IMG/VR virus record: IMGVR_UViG_3300013004_000026 | Location: 104,428 to 168,427 of that record | DNA: 64,000 nt | Reading direction: 5' to 3' (one strand) | From: a virus | Shown: one piece after another, positions 18,582-28,461 of the stretch | How the letters are laid out: every line of letters begins with the position of its first letter | Position numbering within the stretch: the first letter of the stretch is position 1 | Made by a program: the position numbers and the translations under genes | Notes under the pieces: model-generated | Databases searched by the model: none | Seen by the model: the letters and a program-made list of their open reading frames with translations, nothing else | Told to the model about the DNA's origin: nothing

Positions 18582-20045
18582 TCAAAACTCAATGGTGCGT
18601 ATTTTTGTTGTGATTTGCCAATCAATGGTACTGGTGACTGCTGCGCCCGTGGGTGCTTCTAGTCGTAGCACCAGATCCTGGCTGCCGGCTGTGACATTAG
18701 CTTGAAGAAAAACCTTGCTGGCATTCACGGCGCCGGCTGGCCAATTGGTCGCATCTGAATTGTACGCAGTTTCCTGCAACACCTGATCCAACACAGTCCA
18801 ATTGCCGGTGCTTGATGCATAGCTGATGGTGGCAATCCATCTCTTGCGTAGGCGTTTGACCACTGGTGGATTTACCGCAGGATCTGTTACATAGACTCCT
18901 TGCACATGAAATTCCACATCTGATTGCTGATTGTTGGTGTAGGCCAGTGGAAAACCTCCCAGGGCTGAGTGATACGCAGTGAGACTGATGTTGGCTCTGT
19001 CACCGCCTGCAAAGCCGGCGTAAGTTTGAGTAAATTTATGGGCCACAACCACTTCCCTGAAGGAGTCTAACTCTCCACCATATTCAGTCCACTGGGAAGT
19101 GATTGCTGGGCTGATTGTGTAGGTTCCGGTACTGCTGTCATTCATCACAGGGTCAAAAGATCGTCCAAGGCCTGTGGAAGAAATCCTTCCGGCCACGGAC
19201 TGGTTATACCCGACGGTGGCTCCAAATGTACCTTGCGAATTGCTTCTAAGATTCAAAACCAGGGTGGTACTGCCGGATCTTGCTGTGTAATGAGTCATTT
19301 CAGTCTGCCCCACAACACCTGATCCAATTACCGAAATTCTTGCACGAGTACCTGCTGATCCGCCGCTGGCATCTTCTCCTGCAAAGTCTATGTTGCCATA
19401 AATCTCGCCACTGGTCACTGTGGTGTCAGGCGAACGCACGAATTGTATGGTAGTTGTGTCCGTGCCAGTCATGATCAAATTGCCACTGGCATTGATGTTG
19501 CCTACAGAAATATTGCCTTCGCCTACAAAAACATTACTGGCTATCACACCTCCATTGGCCAAGATATTGCCAGTGATATAATCAATATTTGATTGTATGG
19601 CTTGCACATTGCTGTAGGTGGCACTGATGTTGGCATTGGCTGCACTGACATTGTTTTGTAAACTTATGATGTTGGCATTGGCCAAAGAGATGCTGATATT
19701 AGCGGCAGCTATGTTACTTTGTAAACTTGCAATGTTTAGGTTAGCTGCGGTTGTATTGGCATTGATGCTGGTGATAGTGGGATCAACAGGTAAGTAAGCA
19801 GCCACAACAACATTGCCATAACTGCCCGCCACAATAATAGCAGATGTTAAGCCTGCGTCTACATAGGTTTTCATGCTGCTGTTTGCTGAAACAATGGCTG
19901 CATTGGCTGCATTGACATTGCCGATCATGTCGGTGGCAAAAGTGGCCAGGTTAAGTGCAGAGTTTCCAATGGCCAGTTGTCCATACACCGTGGTACTACC
20001 TATTACTCTCAAATTGCCTGCTACGCTGTAATCTTGTTGTGCCAT
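18582..20045 (-). CDS. Putative tail fibre/virion protein
   Basis: AANANI-type heptad repeats, GN-rich strands and a beta-rich C-terminus. Confidence 0.6.
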   Translation of the reverse strand: MAQQDYSVAGNLRVIGSTTVYGQLAIGNSALNLATFATDMIGNVNAANAAIVSANSSMKTYVDAGLTSAIIVAGSYGNVVVAAYLPVDPTITSINANTTAANLNIASLQSNIAAANISISLANANIISLQNNVSAANANISATYSNVQAIQSNIDYITGNILANGGVIASNVFVGEGNISVGNINASGNLIMTGTDTTTIQFVRSPDTTVTSGEIYGNIDFAGEDASGGSAGTRARISVIGSGVVGQTEMTHYTARSGSTTLVLNLRSNSQGTFGATVGYNQSVAGRISSTGLGRSFDPVMNDSSTGTYTISPAITSQWTEYGGELDSFREVVVAHKFTQTYAGFAGGDRANISLTAYHSALGGFPLAYTNNQQSDVEFHVQGVYVTDPAVNPPVVKRLRKRWIATISYASSTGNWTVLDQVLQETAYNSDATNWPAGAVNASKVFLQANVTAGSQDLVLRLEAPTGAAVTSTIDWQITTKIRTIEF

Positions 20046-20163
20046 TTTTGCAATCTGATTAGTTCACTGTCACAGCAACATAACATCCTGCTGCCAAGGC
20101 TGTGAAACAAGTGTAGTCGAGGTGGAATGCAATATTCATAATGTTGTCCTGTTTGGGTATTTA

Positions 20164-20820
20164 CTAAATTTTTTCGCCAATAAAAATGTGACTTTGTCTT
20201 TGTGATACCCAAGTATTGCTGTTAGTTGATCCGTAACCTGTGTTGATTGCTGAGCGTATACCCGCATCCAGTCCCGATGCATCATATACTACCAACACCG
20301 CAATGCGGTCACTGGCCACTGCACCCAACGCACTTGCTAGTGCGGCGCGGGCTCCTGGTGCTCCACCTGTATCCCATGTATCATACTGGGTAGGACCAGA
20401 AACGACATCACCGTATGAATCTAGCACTACCAAAGTATGTCCACGCAGGGCTGTATTTGCCACTGTAATATCGTTGACCACAATTCTGGCATTTTGATAA
20501 CTGGGAACATCGTAGGTTGATGACTCGGCATAGATCTTGTTACCACTCACATACTGTGTGGTTGATATTGCTACATTTGTGCCAAATGCTTCGTAGAATG
20601 TAAATGTGGATACTGTTTCAATCCACGGGCGTCCAACTACAAGTCCGCCTGCATTGGGATTGTTAATTATGGCATTGCTGTTAAACTGTGTGGGTAACAA
20701 TGTCAAATCATAAGTTGCTCTAGGGTCGCCTACAGCGGCTCTGTTGGCAGCGGCCAGATCCAATTTGGCCTTTTGCCTAAGCTCTTTTGTTGCCAGTGTC
20801 GATATGCCGTTTGCAGCCAT
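20164..20820 (-). CDS. Putative virion protein with C-terminal ILEI/PANDER (GG-lectin)-like domain
   Basis: RGHTLVVLD..G.V...YDTW...LASAL...IAVLVVYDA pattern; TAAATA upstream. Confidence 0.55.
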   Translation of the reverse strand: MAANGISTLATKELRQKAKLDLAAANRAAVGDPRATYDLTLLPTQFNSNAIINNPNAGGLVVGRPWIETVSTFTFYEAFGTNVAISTTQYVSGNKIYAESSTYDVPSYQNARIVVNDITVANTALRGHTLVVLDSYGDVVSGPTQYDTWDTGGAPGARAALASALGAVASDRIAVLVVYDASGLDAGIRSAINTGYGSTNSNTWVSQRQSHIFIGEKI

Positions 20821-20852
20821 TATTTTATTCCCTGATAAGAGTATTTATGGTG

Positions 20853-20881
20853 TTGACTGTTTGAACTGTTTATGTTATATT
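20853..20881 (+). promoter_or_regulatory. Sigma70-type promoter (leaderless transcript)
   Basis: TTGACT-N17-TATATT, with ATG 5 nt downstream. Confidence 0.6.
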
Positions 20882-20886
20882 CAGGC

Positions 20887-21456
20887 ATGAACATCCAAAC
20901 TTTGCCCACTCTGCTGGAATCAGCTGAAATCACCTGCCCAAGTTCGGGCAATCAACGAGCCTACGCTGATCTAATAGAAGAAAGTGCTTGTGCCATTGCG
21001 CAGAATCAATTTGCCGAACAGTATCGCAAGTCGCGTTCGGTCAAAAGCACCGAGGATTTTGCCTTGATTGAAAACGGGCGCACCATCTACATTGATGTAA
21101 AAACTCGTCAGCTGGGCACGGATCTAAACATGCCCAACATGATCAGTGTGGACAAGTTAAACAAACTGTTGGATGATGTTGACACAGAATTGTACTACTG
21201 GATGATTGACTATGAAGTGCGTGAGGATGGCTCTGCACAGGTCACGCATACCGAAATGCGAGCTGTATGGGACTTGCCCTGGTCGGCCCTGGCTATTCAA
21301 AACCTTGGGCTAGGGCAGTTGCAAATTGCCAATTGGTCTGCAATGAATCAACCCGGCTTGCCCAGGGCCGCATGGCATGCACAACTCAAACAGGAAATGC
21401 GGGCATTTTACACCCGTCAAGCTCAAAAGTTCCTGGATTTGGCCAGCAAAATCTAG
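20887..21456 (+). CDS. PD-(D/E)xK endonuclease, type II restriction enzyme-like
   Basis: E (DLIEE)...ED...IDVK catalytic pattern. Confidence 0.6.
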   Translation: MNIQTLPTLLESAEITCPSSGNQRAYADLIEESACAIAQNQFAEQYRKSRSVKSTEDFALIENGRTIYIDVKTRQLGTDLNMPNMISVDKLNKLLDDVDTELYYWMIDYEVREDGSAQVTHTEMRAVWDLPWSALAIQNLGLGQLQIANWSAMNQPGLPRAAWHAQLKQEMRAFYTRQAQKFLDLASKI

Positions 21457-21561
21457 CACAAAAACTGTTGCAAAAAAGTAACACTTTTGTACTACTTTTA
21501 GCCCTGCAAAATCAACAGGTTAGTGGGCACTAACTTAGCATTTTTGCAACAATTCAAACGG

Positions 21562-21590
21562 TTGACCGTTTTGGCCCGTTTTGCTATAAT
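21562..21590 (+). promoter_or_regulatory. Sigma70 early promoter with extended -10 (leaderless transcript)
   Basis: TTGACC-N17-TATAAT with TG extension; ATG 6 nt downstream. Confidence 0.8.
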
Positions 21591-21596
21591 AATGAC

Positions 21597-21923
21597 ATGA
21601 ACTTACAAAAGCCCACTCGCAAAAGACGCCAGGACACCAACCATGCTGTTTACTGTATTACCAATACAGTGACAGGTGCTCAGTACATTGGCATCACAGT
21701 ATGCGGTGGCAATGTACGCAAGGCACTCAAAGTGCGCATCCAAAAACATGTTCGCCGCGCTGTTACAGAAAACAAAGATTGGGAATTGTGCAAGAGCATC
21801 CGTGAATACGGTACACTTGCACACACCTATGGACTTGTTGAAATTGTGCGTGGCCGCAAGCCAGCTCATGCTCGTGAGCGCGAACTGATCCGTACTTACA
21901 ACCCTCAACTCAACTCACACTAA
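21597..21923 (+). CDS. GIY-YIG nuclease domain protein
   Basis: AVYCITNTVTGAQYIGIT, R..KH, ERELI..P.LN. Confidence 0.8.
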   Translation: MNLQKPTRKRRQDTNHAVYCITNTVTGAQYIGITVCGGNVRKALKVRIQKHVRRAVTENKDWELCKSIREYGTLAHTYGLVEIVRGRKPAHARERELIRTYNPQLNSH

Positions 21924-21932
21924 GGAGGCAAT

Positions 21933-22166
21933 ATGATCACAATTGATCCACGAGCCATAGCAGAAAAGTTTATCCGCCACGGTGGTGCGTTTGATCGTGG
22001 CAGTGCAGACAGCTACTACCATCGTCCGGCCCGTCCGCATTACTTTGCAGGTGATACCTATGCAAGTGATCCTATCACTGCCGAGCCCGGCTCGCCTGAA
22101 TACGAAGCCTACATGGCAGGCTATGAGTACAACGAAGCACACGGTGACAAAAAAGACTGGGGTTAA
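21933..22166 (+). CDS. Hypothetical early protein
   Basis: AAGGAGG RBS; 77 aa. Confidence 0.7.
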   Translation: MITIDPRAIAEKFIRHGGAFDRGSADSYYHRPARPHYFAGDTYASDPITAEPGSPEYEAYMAGYEYNEAHGDKKDWG

Positions 22167-22167
22167 C

Positions 22168-22368
22168 ATGTCCTACACTGTTTTCAAACACAATCAAGAA
22201 TACGGCCCCCGCAAGGGGCTGGAAGGTCCGTTTCATTTTGCCAATGGACGAGTGTTGTACTACGATGTCCGAGCAGGCGAGTACTGGGATCCCCGCACCG
22301 ACTTTTATGTTGAGCGCGAGGAAGTGGACATGCTACACTGCATGACTGTTGAACTACTAAGGGCTTGA
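22168..22368 (+). CDS. Hypothetical early protein
   Basis: ATG 22168 directly after the upstream stop; LEGPF..GRVLYYD..GEYWDP. Confidence 0.65.
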   Translation: MSYTVFKHNQEYGPRKGLEGPFHFANGRVLYYDVRAGEYWDPRTDFYVEREEVDMLHCMTVELLRA

Positions 22369-22369
22369 T

Positions 22370-22585
22370 ATGAACATTGAGATTCAAGGACTCACACCCA
22401 AACAAATGGCGCTGGCAGACATCATGTGGGCTATCAGTAGCCGCGAAGGCGTGGAGAGCTTTATTAGCACACTGCCCCGATCGGATCAGCGTGACTGCCG
22501 TACCATAATTGAACTCATGCAATTGGCGTTCGCAGATGAGATCACGGATACCACAGAAGCACAAGAACTGCTATCACAGTTTTAA
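22370..22585 (+). CDS. Hypothetical early protein
   Basis: 71-aa ORF in operon. Confidence 0.65.
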   Translation: MNIEIQGLTPKQMALADIMWAISSREGVESFISTLPRSDQRDCRTIIELMQLAFADEITDTTEAQELLSQF

Positions 22586-22604
22586 CTGCACAACACAAAA
22601 CAAC

Positions 22605-22628
22605 AAGCCCGCTTCGGCGGGCTTTTTT
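22605..22628 (+). terminator. Rho-independent terminator between convergent genes
   Basis: AAGCCCGC-TTCG-GCGGGCTT plus T-tract. Confidence 0.88.
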
Positions 22629-22632
22629 GTGA

Positions 22633-22872
22633 CTAGTGTATGGTGCCGTCTGTATCAAAGTCCAGCATGTTGATGTCTTTGATTCCTAATACCTTGAGAA
22701 TCTTCTTTACCACTGGTGGGGGATTGAGATTGAATTCGTTGGGCGTGAACATGTGTTTGAGTTCGCCGTCGGGCCCAATAATAAACCCGTAGTCGTTTTC
22801 GTCAGCAAGGTCTTCCAGTGCCTCAAGTTCTTCTACTTCTACTTCTTGGTCTTTTTGAATTTTGTTGGTCAT
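22633..22872 (-). CDS. Small acidic hypothetical protein
   Basis: 79-aa ORF with GGAGG RBS. Confidence 0.65.
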   Translation of the reverse strand: MTNKIQKDQEVEVEELEALEDLADENDYGFIIGPDGELKHMFTPNEFNLNPPPVVKKILKVLGIKDINMLDFDTDGTIH

Positions 22873-23494
22873 GGTAGTCAGCCTCCAGCCGACACAAGTA
22901 TTTACTAATCTGCTGCCTTAATTTTAACACAACAGATTGATCTGTGTCAAAAGCACTAGAGTACACACGCCACATCACTATGTTTTCAAGCTCAGGAGAA
23001 TCAATGCTAAAGGTGCCATGCATGGCACTTAGTTCAGCAGCAATACTAAATCCATATGCTTCTATTTCTTCCCTAGTGCCTAGATATTCTTGCTCTTCTT
23101 TTTTGTGCGAACAATGTTCATGACTCGCATATTCACGAATAGCACGATATTTTCTGCGCTTGGCCTGTTCTCGATGAACAAACTCATGACCCACACACTC
23201 AGCAACATCAAAACAAAGCCTACGCCACTGAGTCTGATCCAACACCAAGTGCTGTTGGTCTGGGTGATACAGTAGGTTCACCTCCACGCAAAGACCACGA
23301 GCTTGATCCTCATCTGGGTCGTAATTGCCACTCACGCACACTTGTCCTGTTTCCACAAAACCGTGTCGTTGTGTGGTAACTTTTACCAATGGATTTTTTA
23401 TCGACTGTCTAAAAACTGCTGTGAGTTGGCCAGGTGTGATTGACCCTTGATGTCTGGGTACTCTAGCTAGAGCATACATCAAGGGTACAAACAT
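22823..23494 (-). CDS. Putative zinc metallopeptidase-like protein
   Basis: HEFVH (HExxH) and downstream EIEAY. Confidence 0.5.
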   Translation of the reverse strand: MFVPLMYALARVPRHQGSITPGQLTAVFRQSIKNPLVKVTTQRHGFVETGQVCVSGNYDPDEDQARGLCVEVNLLYHPDQQHLVLDQTQWRRLCFDVAECVGHEFVHREQAKRRKYRAIREYASHEHCSHKKEEQEYLGTREEIEAYGFSIAAELSAMHGTFSIDSPELENIVMWRVYSSAFDTDQSVVLKLRQQISKYLCRLEADYHDQQNSKRPRSRSRRT

Positions 23495-23495
23495 A

Positions 23496-23837
23496 TTATT
23501 TGAAGATCATTAACGCCATGAGCACTGCTTGAATTGCAAACCCTAAACCAATGGTAATAATGTTCAGGCCATCTTTGAGAATGGTGGCTCTAGCAAACAG
23601 CAACAGCAAACCACCCCACATGAACAACACCATGTCCACGGGTGGCATGCGATCGCTCAGGCCTGCGGCTGTGGCAATCAAGGTGGGAATAGTTGCTAGG
23701 TGGATCAGTATGGCTGCAAACCAACCCAGTGTGTCTGCGCTTAATCGAGCAAAGTTTTCGCTGAACCAGCGTTGGATCCAGCTACGGAATCCGTCGTAGT
23801 CAATGTGACCTTGTTCATCTTTGATTTTGAAGTTCAT
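23496..23837 (-). CDS. Small membrane protein (three TM helices)
   Basis: GAGG RBS before MNFKIKD; hydrophobic helices. Confidence 0.65.
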   Translation of the reverse strand: MNFKIKDEQGHIDYDGFRSWIQRWFSENFARLSADTLGWFAAILIHLATIPTLIATAAGLSDRMPPVDMVLFMWGGLLLLFARATILKDGLNIITIGLGFAIQAVLMALMIFK

Positions 23838-23853
23838 TTTTGTCCTCGGTTGA

Positions 23854-24441
23854 TTATCTTGCTTTGTTATCTGAATAAAAGATGTGACGTCCAATGGTGG
23901 CTATCTTTTCTTTACCCCATCTTGGACTCACATAGTCTGCATGATAGTACACAGCATCCTTGAGTCCGTCCAAACGGAATCCTTCCAACAGTACCTTTTT
24001 GGCCACTGCCATGCTTTCCTGATACGCGGCAGGATTCACTGGTTTGCGAACTCCTGCGTTTTCACAGTACCAGCTGAACTGACAAATTACTTTGTCATAG
24101 ATCACACTTTTCTGGAAAATTACTCCGCAAACATCATCTGGCCATTTACCAGACTCCATGCGGTTGAGCGTGACCTGAGCCACTGCTACTTTACCTTCGA
24201 AGGGCTCATACCCTGCTTCGTAGTAAATGTTTTGTGCCAAGCATTTGAGTTCACGTTCGCGATCAGCAACTGTTACAAAAGTTGTTGGGTTGCTTGCAAT
24301 CTGAGCTCGCAGATAATCCATCTTGGCCACGGTGACTTTGGAAGCTACCATAAATGCAAGCACAAGGCCTGTCACTATAAATGCAAAACGGATCAATGCT
24401 CCTGTAAACACTCGAGGTGTTCCTTGGGCGAGATTTTTCAT
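23854..24441 (-). CDS. SleB-like cell wall hydrolase (Hydrolase_2)
   Basis: CLAQNIYYEA, GKVAVAQVTLNR, CQFSW, YYHADYV.P.W, IGRHIFY; N-terminal TM helix. Confidence 0.9.
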   Translation of the reverse strand: MKNLAQGTPRVFTGALIRFAFIVTGLVLAFMVASKVTVAKMDYLRAQIASNPTTFVTVADRERELKCLAQNIYYEAGYEPFEGKVAVAQVTLNRMESGKWPDDVCGVIFQKSVIYDKVICQFSWYCENAGVRKPVNPAAYQESMAVAKKVLLEGFRLDGLKDAVYYHADYVSPRWGKEKIATIGRHIFYSDNKAR

Positions 24442-24508
24442 ATATTTCTCCTTTCAATTCACGGATTGATAAATCCGTAGTTCTATTTACGGACTCAATT
24501 GTAGACTA

Positions 24509-24537
24509 ATAATACACTATAAATCGGAAAGTGTCAA
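24509..24537 (-). promoter_or_regulatory. Sigma70-type promoter of the SleB-like gene, with TAAATA at 24484-24489
   Basis: TTGACA-N17-TATTAT. Confidence 0.55.
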
Positions 24538-24609
24538 GGCTAACTACAAAGATCGAAAATAAACTACGCTGTTAACACCGTTCTAATGGGTTTTTATACC
24601 ATTAACGGC

Positions 24610-26709
24610 TTATACAACTGTGCGTCTTGAGCGACTTGCTTCATAGTATCCGGCCTGCAATTCAAAAAAGTGGCGCTGATATCCATAGTATGCATTGATA
24701 AAAATTAGATCCCTCGTTTGTTCTTCCGTGAGTCTATTGTTTACTGCATAGTTAGTGATTATGGTTTGTTGCTCAGTAGTGAGCCCAAAACCAAATTTTG
24801 CGCGGCGTTTTGCCGCTTCGTCTTCAATGTCAACCTTGGGCATTTTAATTCCCAAAGTTTGAAGTGTTTGAGTGTTTCTTGCTTCTGCTTGCATGGCCAA
24901 AATAGCTTGCCCTCCTCGAGTGTTTGGATTGGCCATAGTAGCAATAAGATTGTTAAATCCTGTGGCATCTGCCACAGCTTCAATGATATTGGTCACTAGT
25001 GATATCACAGCCTTTACACCGTTAGTGAAACTCCAAAAGCCTTCTTTGTTATCCTTTAAGGCCGTGAGCAATCCTGTGTTCATTCCAGCAGCGGCCGAAG
25101 ATCCGCCGTCTGCTCCATTTGTTGCCGCAGTGCCAGCAATGGCTGTACCAATTGCCGTCGCAACTTGAGCAATGGTTTGAATAATAGAATAAACTGCGTA
25201 GCCCATGGCCACTGCGTTGGTAATTTCACTTACCAATTGCAGAGCACTTTCTAAAATGCCTTCTTCTGCATCTGCGCTGGCCTGTTGCACCACAGGGTCT
25301 GGTGAATTTTTCACTGCTTCCAGTGCAGCAATTAAATTTGCTTCCGCAATGGCGTTCAATGGGTCACCTGGATCATCATGCAGTTCGTAAAACTCCAATG
25401 CTACCAATAGAGCTTGCCCTTCAGCGGTGCTTTCGAGTCTGTCATTGGCTTCGCTAATTTTCTGATAAGCTTCGGTATGTGCAGCACCGCCGGCCGTGCC
25501 AATCAAATCAGTAAGAGTGGCTTCGCCAAACAATCCACTGCCAGAGCTTAGATATGGTTTAAGAGCTGCCATATCACTTTCAAAGCTGGGGTTGTTGATT
25601 AATCCAATATCAGGTAAATCCAGTTGATCTAGAGTTTCAGCAATCAACTCCCAGGTCACGCGATTGGTGATTCCAAGGCTGGCAATTTGTCGACCAAAGT
25701 TTTCTAAATCACCGTAGGGTATGTTATCTAGTGCGCTCTGTGTCATCAATACATCTGGCCTACACAGATCAGCTGCGGTTTGACAGTTGCCAGGCTGCGC
25801 CAGTATTACACCCGTGCGTTCAATAATTACTTTTAACTCGTTGCCGGTAATGAGCTTGAGTGCTTCTTTTATGGCCACTGGACTGCTGTTGAACACTTCC
25901 TCATCGTTGTCAATGAATATGAACTCTTTTAACAAAGCTTCTCGCAAGCCTACATCTTCTGCAATACCCTGTTCACGCAAACTGTATATCAGTCCGCTTG
26001 GAGTTCCAATCCATTCTGGCAAATTTGGATCCCAGAGTGTGCCAAGATTTCTCATGGCTGCGGTAACTGTGCGCAACCCTGCGCGAATTTGTGCACCGCT
26101 GATGGAAATGCCAGATGCTGTGAGTCGTCTGCCCGCAATAGTATTGCCAGCAGCTGGGCCAAGTTGTGCAGTTACTCCGCCTGTGATCAAATCTGTAAAT
26201 GTTTGGCAAGCTGTGAGCAATTGACTCACACTGCGCAGTGCACCAAACACCTCGGCTATGCCGCTACTGGTAAAACTGGCCTGTTCATAACTTCGTGCTC
26301 TCAGAGCTTGCTCAAGAAATCGTATGGGACTTTGCACCAAATCATTGGCTCTCTGTACTGCACTGCCCACAATGTCACTGGGATTTATGCCGGCTGCTTG
26401 AGCTGCTGACGAAATCACACCTAGCCCCACTGTGAGAGCAAACCCGCCTGCATTGTTTTTAATAGCGTTGGTTAGAACAACACTGGTGCTGGCTGCATTA
26501 ACTATAGCTGTGAGTTTGCCACACACTCTGGTTACACTTTGCAAACCACTGGCAACTGAACTGAAATCAGTTGGAGGGATAATTGCCAGTGGGTCAGTCA
26601 ACAAAGCCAATAAACCCGTTGGCATCATGGGTGTGATATCGGGTCTATCTTTTCCTTCGGGATAAGGGGCCTTGCCCCGCGGTTGTTTACCAAAAGCTAA
26701 AAAACTCAT
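24610..26709 (-). CDS. Hypothetical Ala/Gly-rich late protein, probably virion-associated
   Basis: 699-aa ORF; TAAGTA upstream; AGGA RBS. Confidence 0.55.
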   Translation of the reverse strand: MSFLAFGKQPRGKAPYPEGKDRPDITPMMPTGLLALLTDPLAIIPPTDFSSVASGLQSVTRVCGKLTAIVNAASTSVVLTNAIKNNAGGFALTVGLGVISSAAQAAGINPSDIVGSAVQRANDLVQSPIRFLEQALRARSYEQASFTSSGIAEVFGALRSVSQLLTACQTFTDLITGGVTAQLGPAAGNTIAGRRLTASGISISGAQIRAGLRTVTAAMRNLGTLWDPNLPEWIGTPSGLIYSLREQGIAEDVGLREALLKEFIFIDNDEEVFNSSPVAIKEALKLITGNELKVIIERTGVILAQPGNCQTAADLCRPDVLMTQSALDNIPYGDLENFGRQIASLGITNRVTWELIAETLDQLDLPDIGLINNPSFESDMAALKPYLSSGSGLFGEATLTDLIGTAGGAAHTEAYQKISEANDRLESTAEGQALLVALEFYELHDDPGDPLNAIAEANLIAALEAVKNSPDPVVQQASADAEEGILESALQLVSEITNAVAMGYAVYSIIQTIAQVATAIGTAIAGTAATNGADGGSSAAAGMNTGLLTALKDNKEGFWSFTNGVKAVISLVTNIIEAVADATGFNNLIATMANPNTRGGQAILAMQAEARNTQTLQTLGIKMPKVDIEDEAAKRRAKFGFGLTTEQQTIITNYAVNNRLTEEQTRDLIFINAYYGYQRHFFELQAGYYEASRSRRTVV

Positions 26710-26756
26710 TGCTGTGTCCTATGTAACTATACTTATCTGCCTGAACTCAGGTCAGA

Positions 26757-27077
26757 TTAAAGCCCGGTTACAATGCTGCCAGCAGTAACAGTTTTGATAC
26801 CTGTGGTAACCTCTATGTAATGGTCGCGTATTTCTTTGGCTGTGCTGGAGTGCAGTAGCACATGGCTTTTACTAACAGTTACTTTGAAATCCGGCTGTGA
26901 AGTAAACAGGCTTGAAATTAGCATGATACCTTTTTGACTAGGAACCACAGTGCATGGGCGTTCTAGTCTATATTCTGCGCTGCCATCTTCAATTACTTTG
27001 GCCACAATTTCGTCGCCATTGATTAATTTCAACGAAGCAATATCACCTTCACTGTACTTGTTGTTTTCGATTAACAT
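26757..27077 (-). CDS. Conserved phage protein, Sm-like fold
   Basis: LKLINGDEIVAKV...Y.LERP pattern seen in T4-like phage proteins. Confidence 0.55.
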   Translation of the reverse strand: MLIENNKYSEGDIASLKLINGDEIVAKVIEDGSAEYRLERPCTVVPSQKGIMLISSLFTSQPDFKVTVSKSHVLLHSSTAKEIRDHYIEVTTGIKTVTAGSIVTGL

Positions 27078-27079
27078 TT

Positions 27080-27325
27080 TTATCCTTTGAGAGCTGCAAA
27101 CCAAGAGTCGTCTTGACGACTCAATCCTTGATAACCACCTTCAATCAAGAGTTTACCGTCTTGATATATTTGTGGCACTGTTCTGTGTCCTTCGCCAACA
27201 ATAAACTGTTTGGCTGTGTCATCTTCGTCTATTTTTACTTCTTGATAATCAAGTCCTTTTAACTTTAGCAAGTTTTTGGCCTGCACACAAAAAGGACAAT
27301 TGTTTTTTGAATACACTGTGATCAT
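27080..27325 (-). CDS. grx: Glutaredoxin
   Basis: CPFC, TVPQI and GG motifs; adjacent to nrdB. Confidence 0.92.
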   Translation of the reverse strand: MITVYSKNNCPFCVQAKNLLKLKGLDYQEVKIDEDDTAKQFIVGEGHRTVPQIYQDGKLLIEGGYQGLSRQDDSWFAALKG

Positions 27326-27326
27326 T

Positions 27327-28451
27327 TTATAAGCTGAATCCTTTGAATGTATCGTTAGTGACATCTTGTTTTGTGCCACCAATCACATAAGTAGTTATCT
27401 CTGTTTCCTGGGGGGCAACTTGAACTTCTGCTCCAGCAATCCATTTTTGTGTCCACGGCAGTGGATTACTGCCAGTCTTGATATGGCACTTGAGACCCAC
27501 GCTGTTCATGCGCTTGCAGGTCAGCCAATCAATATAATCGCAGAGTAGTTGCTCATTGAGACCAATCATGCTGCCATCTTTGAACAAATACTTTGCCCAG
27601 TCTTTTTCTTGAGCAGCGGCTTGCAAAAACATGTCTTCGCATTCCTGCAAAGTTTCTTCCTTGATCTTGGCAAAGTCATGATCATCCTGCGGTAGTATTT
27701 TCAACAGAGTTTGTGTTGCACCCAGATGCACATTCTCATCGCGACAGATGAGTTTGATAATCTTGGCATTGCCTTCCATCTTCTTGAGTTCTGCAAATGC
27801 CCAGGAGCAGGCAAAACTCACATAAAATCTTATGCCTTCTAAGGCGTTTACAGAATTTATTGCCAACCATAACTTTTTCTTAAGATCATAAAGATCAATC
27901 TTGATTTCTTTACCGTTCACAGTATGAGTACCGGCTCCCAGTAGGTTGTAGTAGCTGCCGTACTCTATCACATCATCATAGTATTTGCTGATGTCTTTGG
28001 CACAATCCATGATAGGTTGTATTTCCATGAGCTCATCAAAAATAATACTTGGGTCGCTGTAGACATTTCGTATGATGTGAGTATAACTGCGACTATGTAC
28101 TGTTTCGTTAAAGGTCCAAGTGGCAATCCAAGTTTCTAATTCTGGTAAGCTGCACAACGGTCCAAATGCTGCACTGGGCGCACGACCTTGCACACTGTCT
28201 AGCAGAATCTGTCGTTTGAGATTGCTGGTAAAAATATGTTGTTCAAATGGAGTTAGTTCTTTGAAATCCTTGCTGTCATGTCCCACATCAATTTCTTCAG
28301 GGCGCCAAAAAAAGCCAAGTTGTTTATCTGTTAGTTTATCAAATTGTCTATACTTGAGAGTATCAAATCGTTGGATGGTAACACCACCGTTGGGATCTAA
28401 AAAAGCCAAACTGTCCACATGGGACTTCTTATTAATATTAAAAATTGACAC
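27327..28451 (-). CDS. nrdB: Ribonucleotide reductase class Ia beta subunit
   Basis: FFWRPEE, LDSVQGR, ETVHSRSY, LEGIRFYVSFA, DENVH, VAPQETEI. Confidence 0.97.
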   Translation of the reverse strand: MSIFNINKKSHVDSLAFLDPNGGVTIQRFDTLKYRQFDKLTDKQLGFFWRPEEIDVGHDSKDFKELTPFEQHIFTSNLKRQILLDSVQGRAPSAAFGPLCSLPELETWIATWTFNETVHSRSYTHIIRNVYSDPSIIFDELMEIQPIMDCAKDISKYYDDVIEYGSYYNLLGAGTHTVNGKEIKIDLYDLKKKLWLAINSVNALEGIRFYVSFACSWAFAELKKMEGNAKIIKLICRDENVHLGATQTLLKILPQDDHDFAKIKEETLQECEDMFLQAAAQEKDWAKYLFKDGSMIGLNEQLLCDYIDWLTCKRMNSVGLKCHIKTGSNPLPWTQKWIAGAEVQVAPQETEITTYVIGGTKQDVTNDTFKGFSL

Positions 28452-28461
28452 GGTGTTTTCC

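Noticed and set aside
20021-20212. 63-aa ORF bridging two structural genes
   Set aside because: It overlaps both neighbours and spans a TAAATA promoter region; more likely a 5' UTR.
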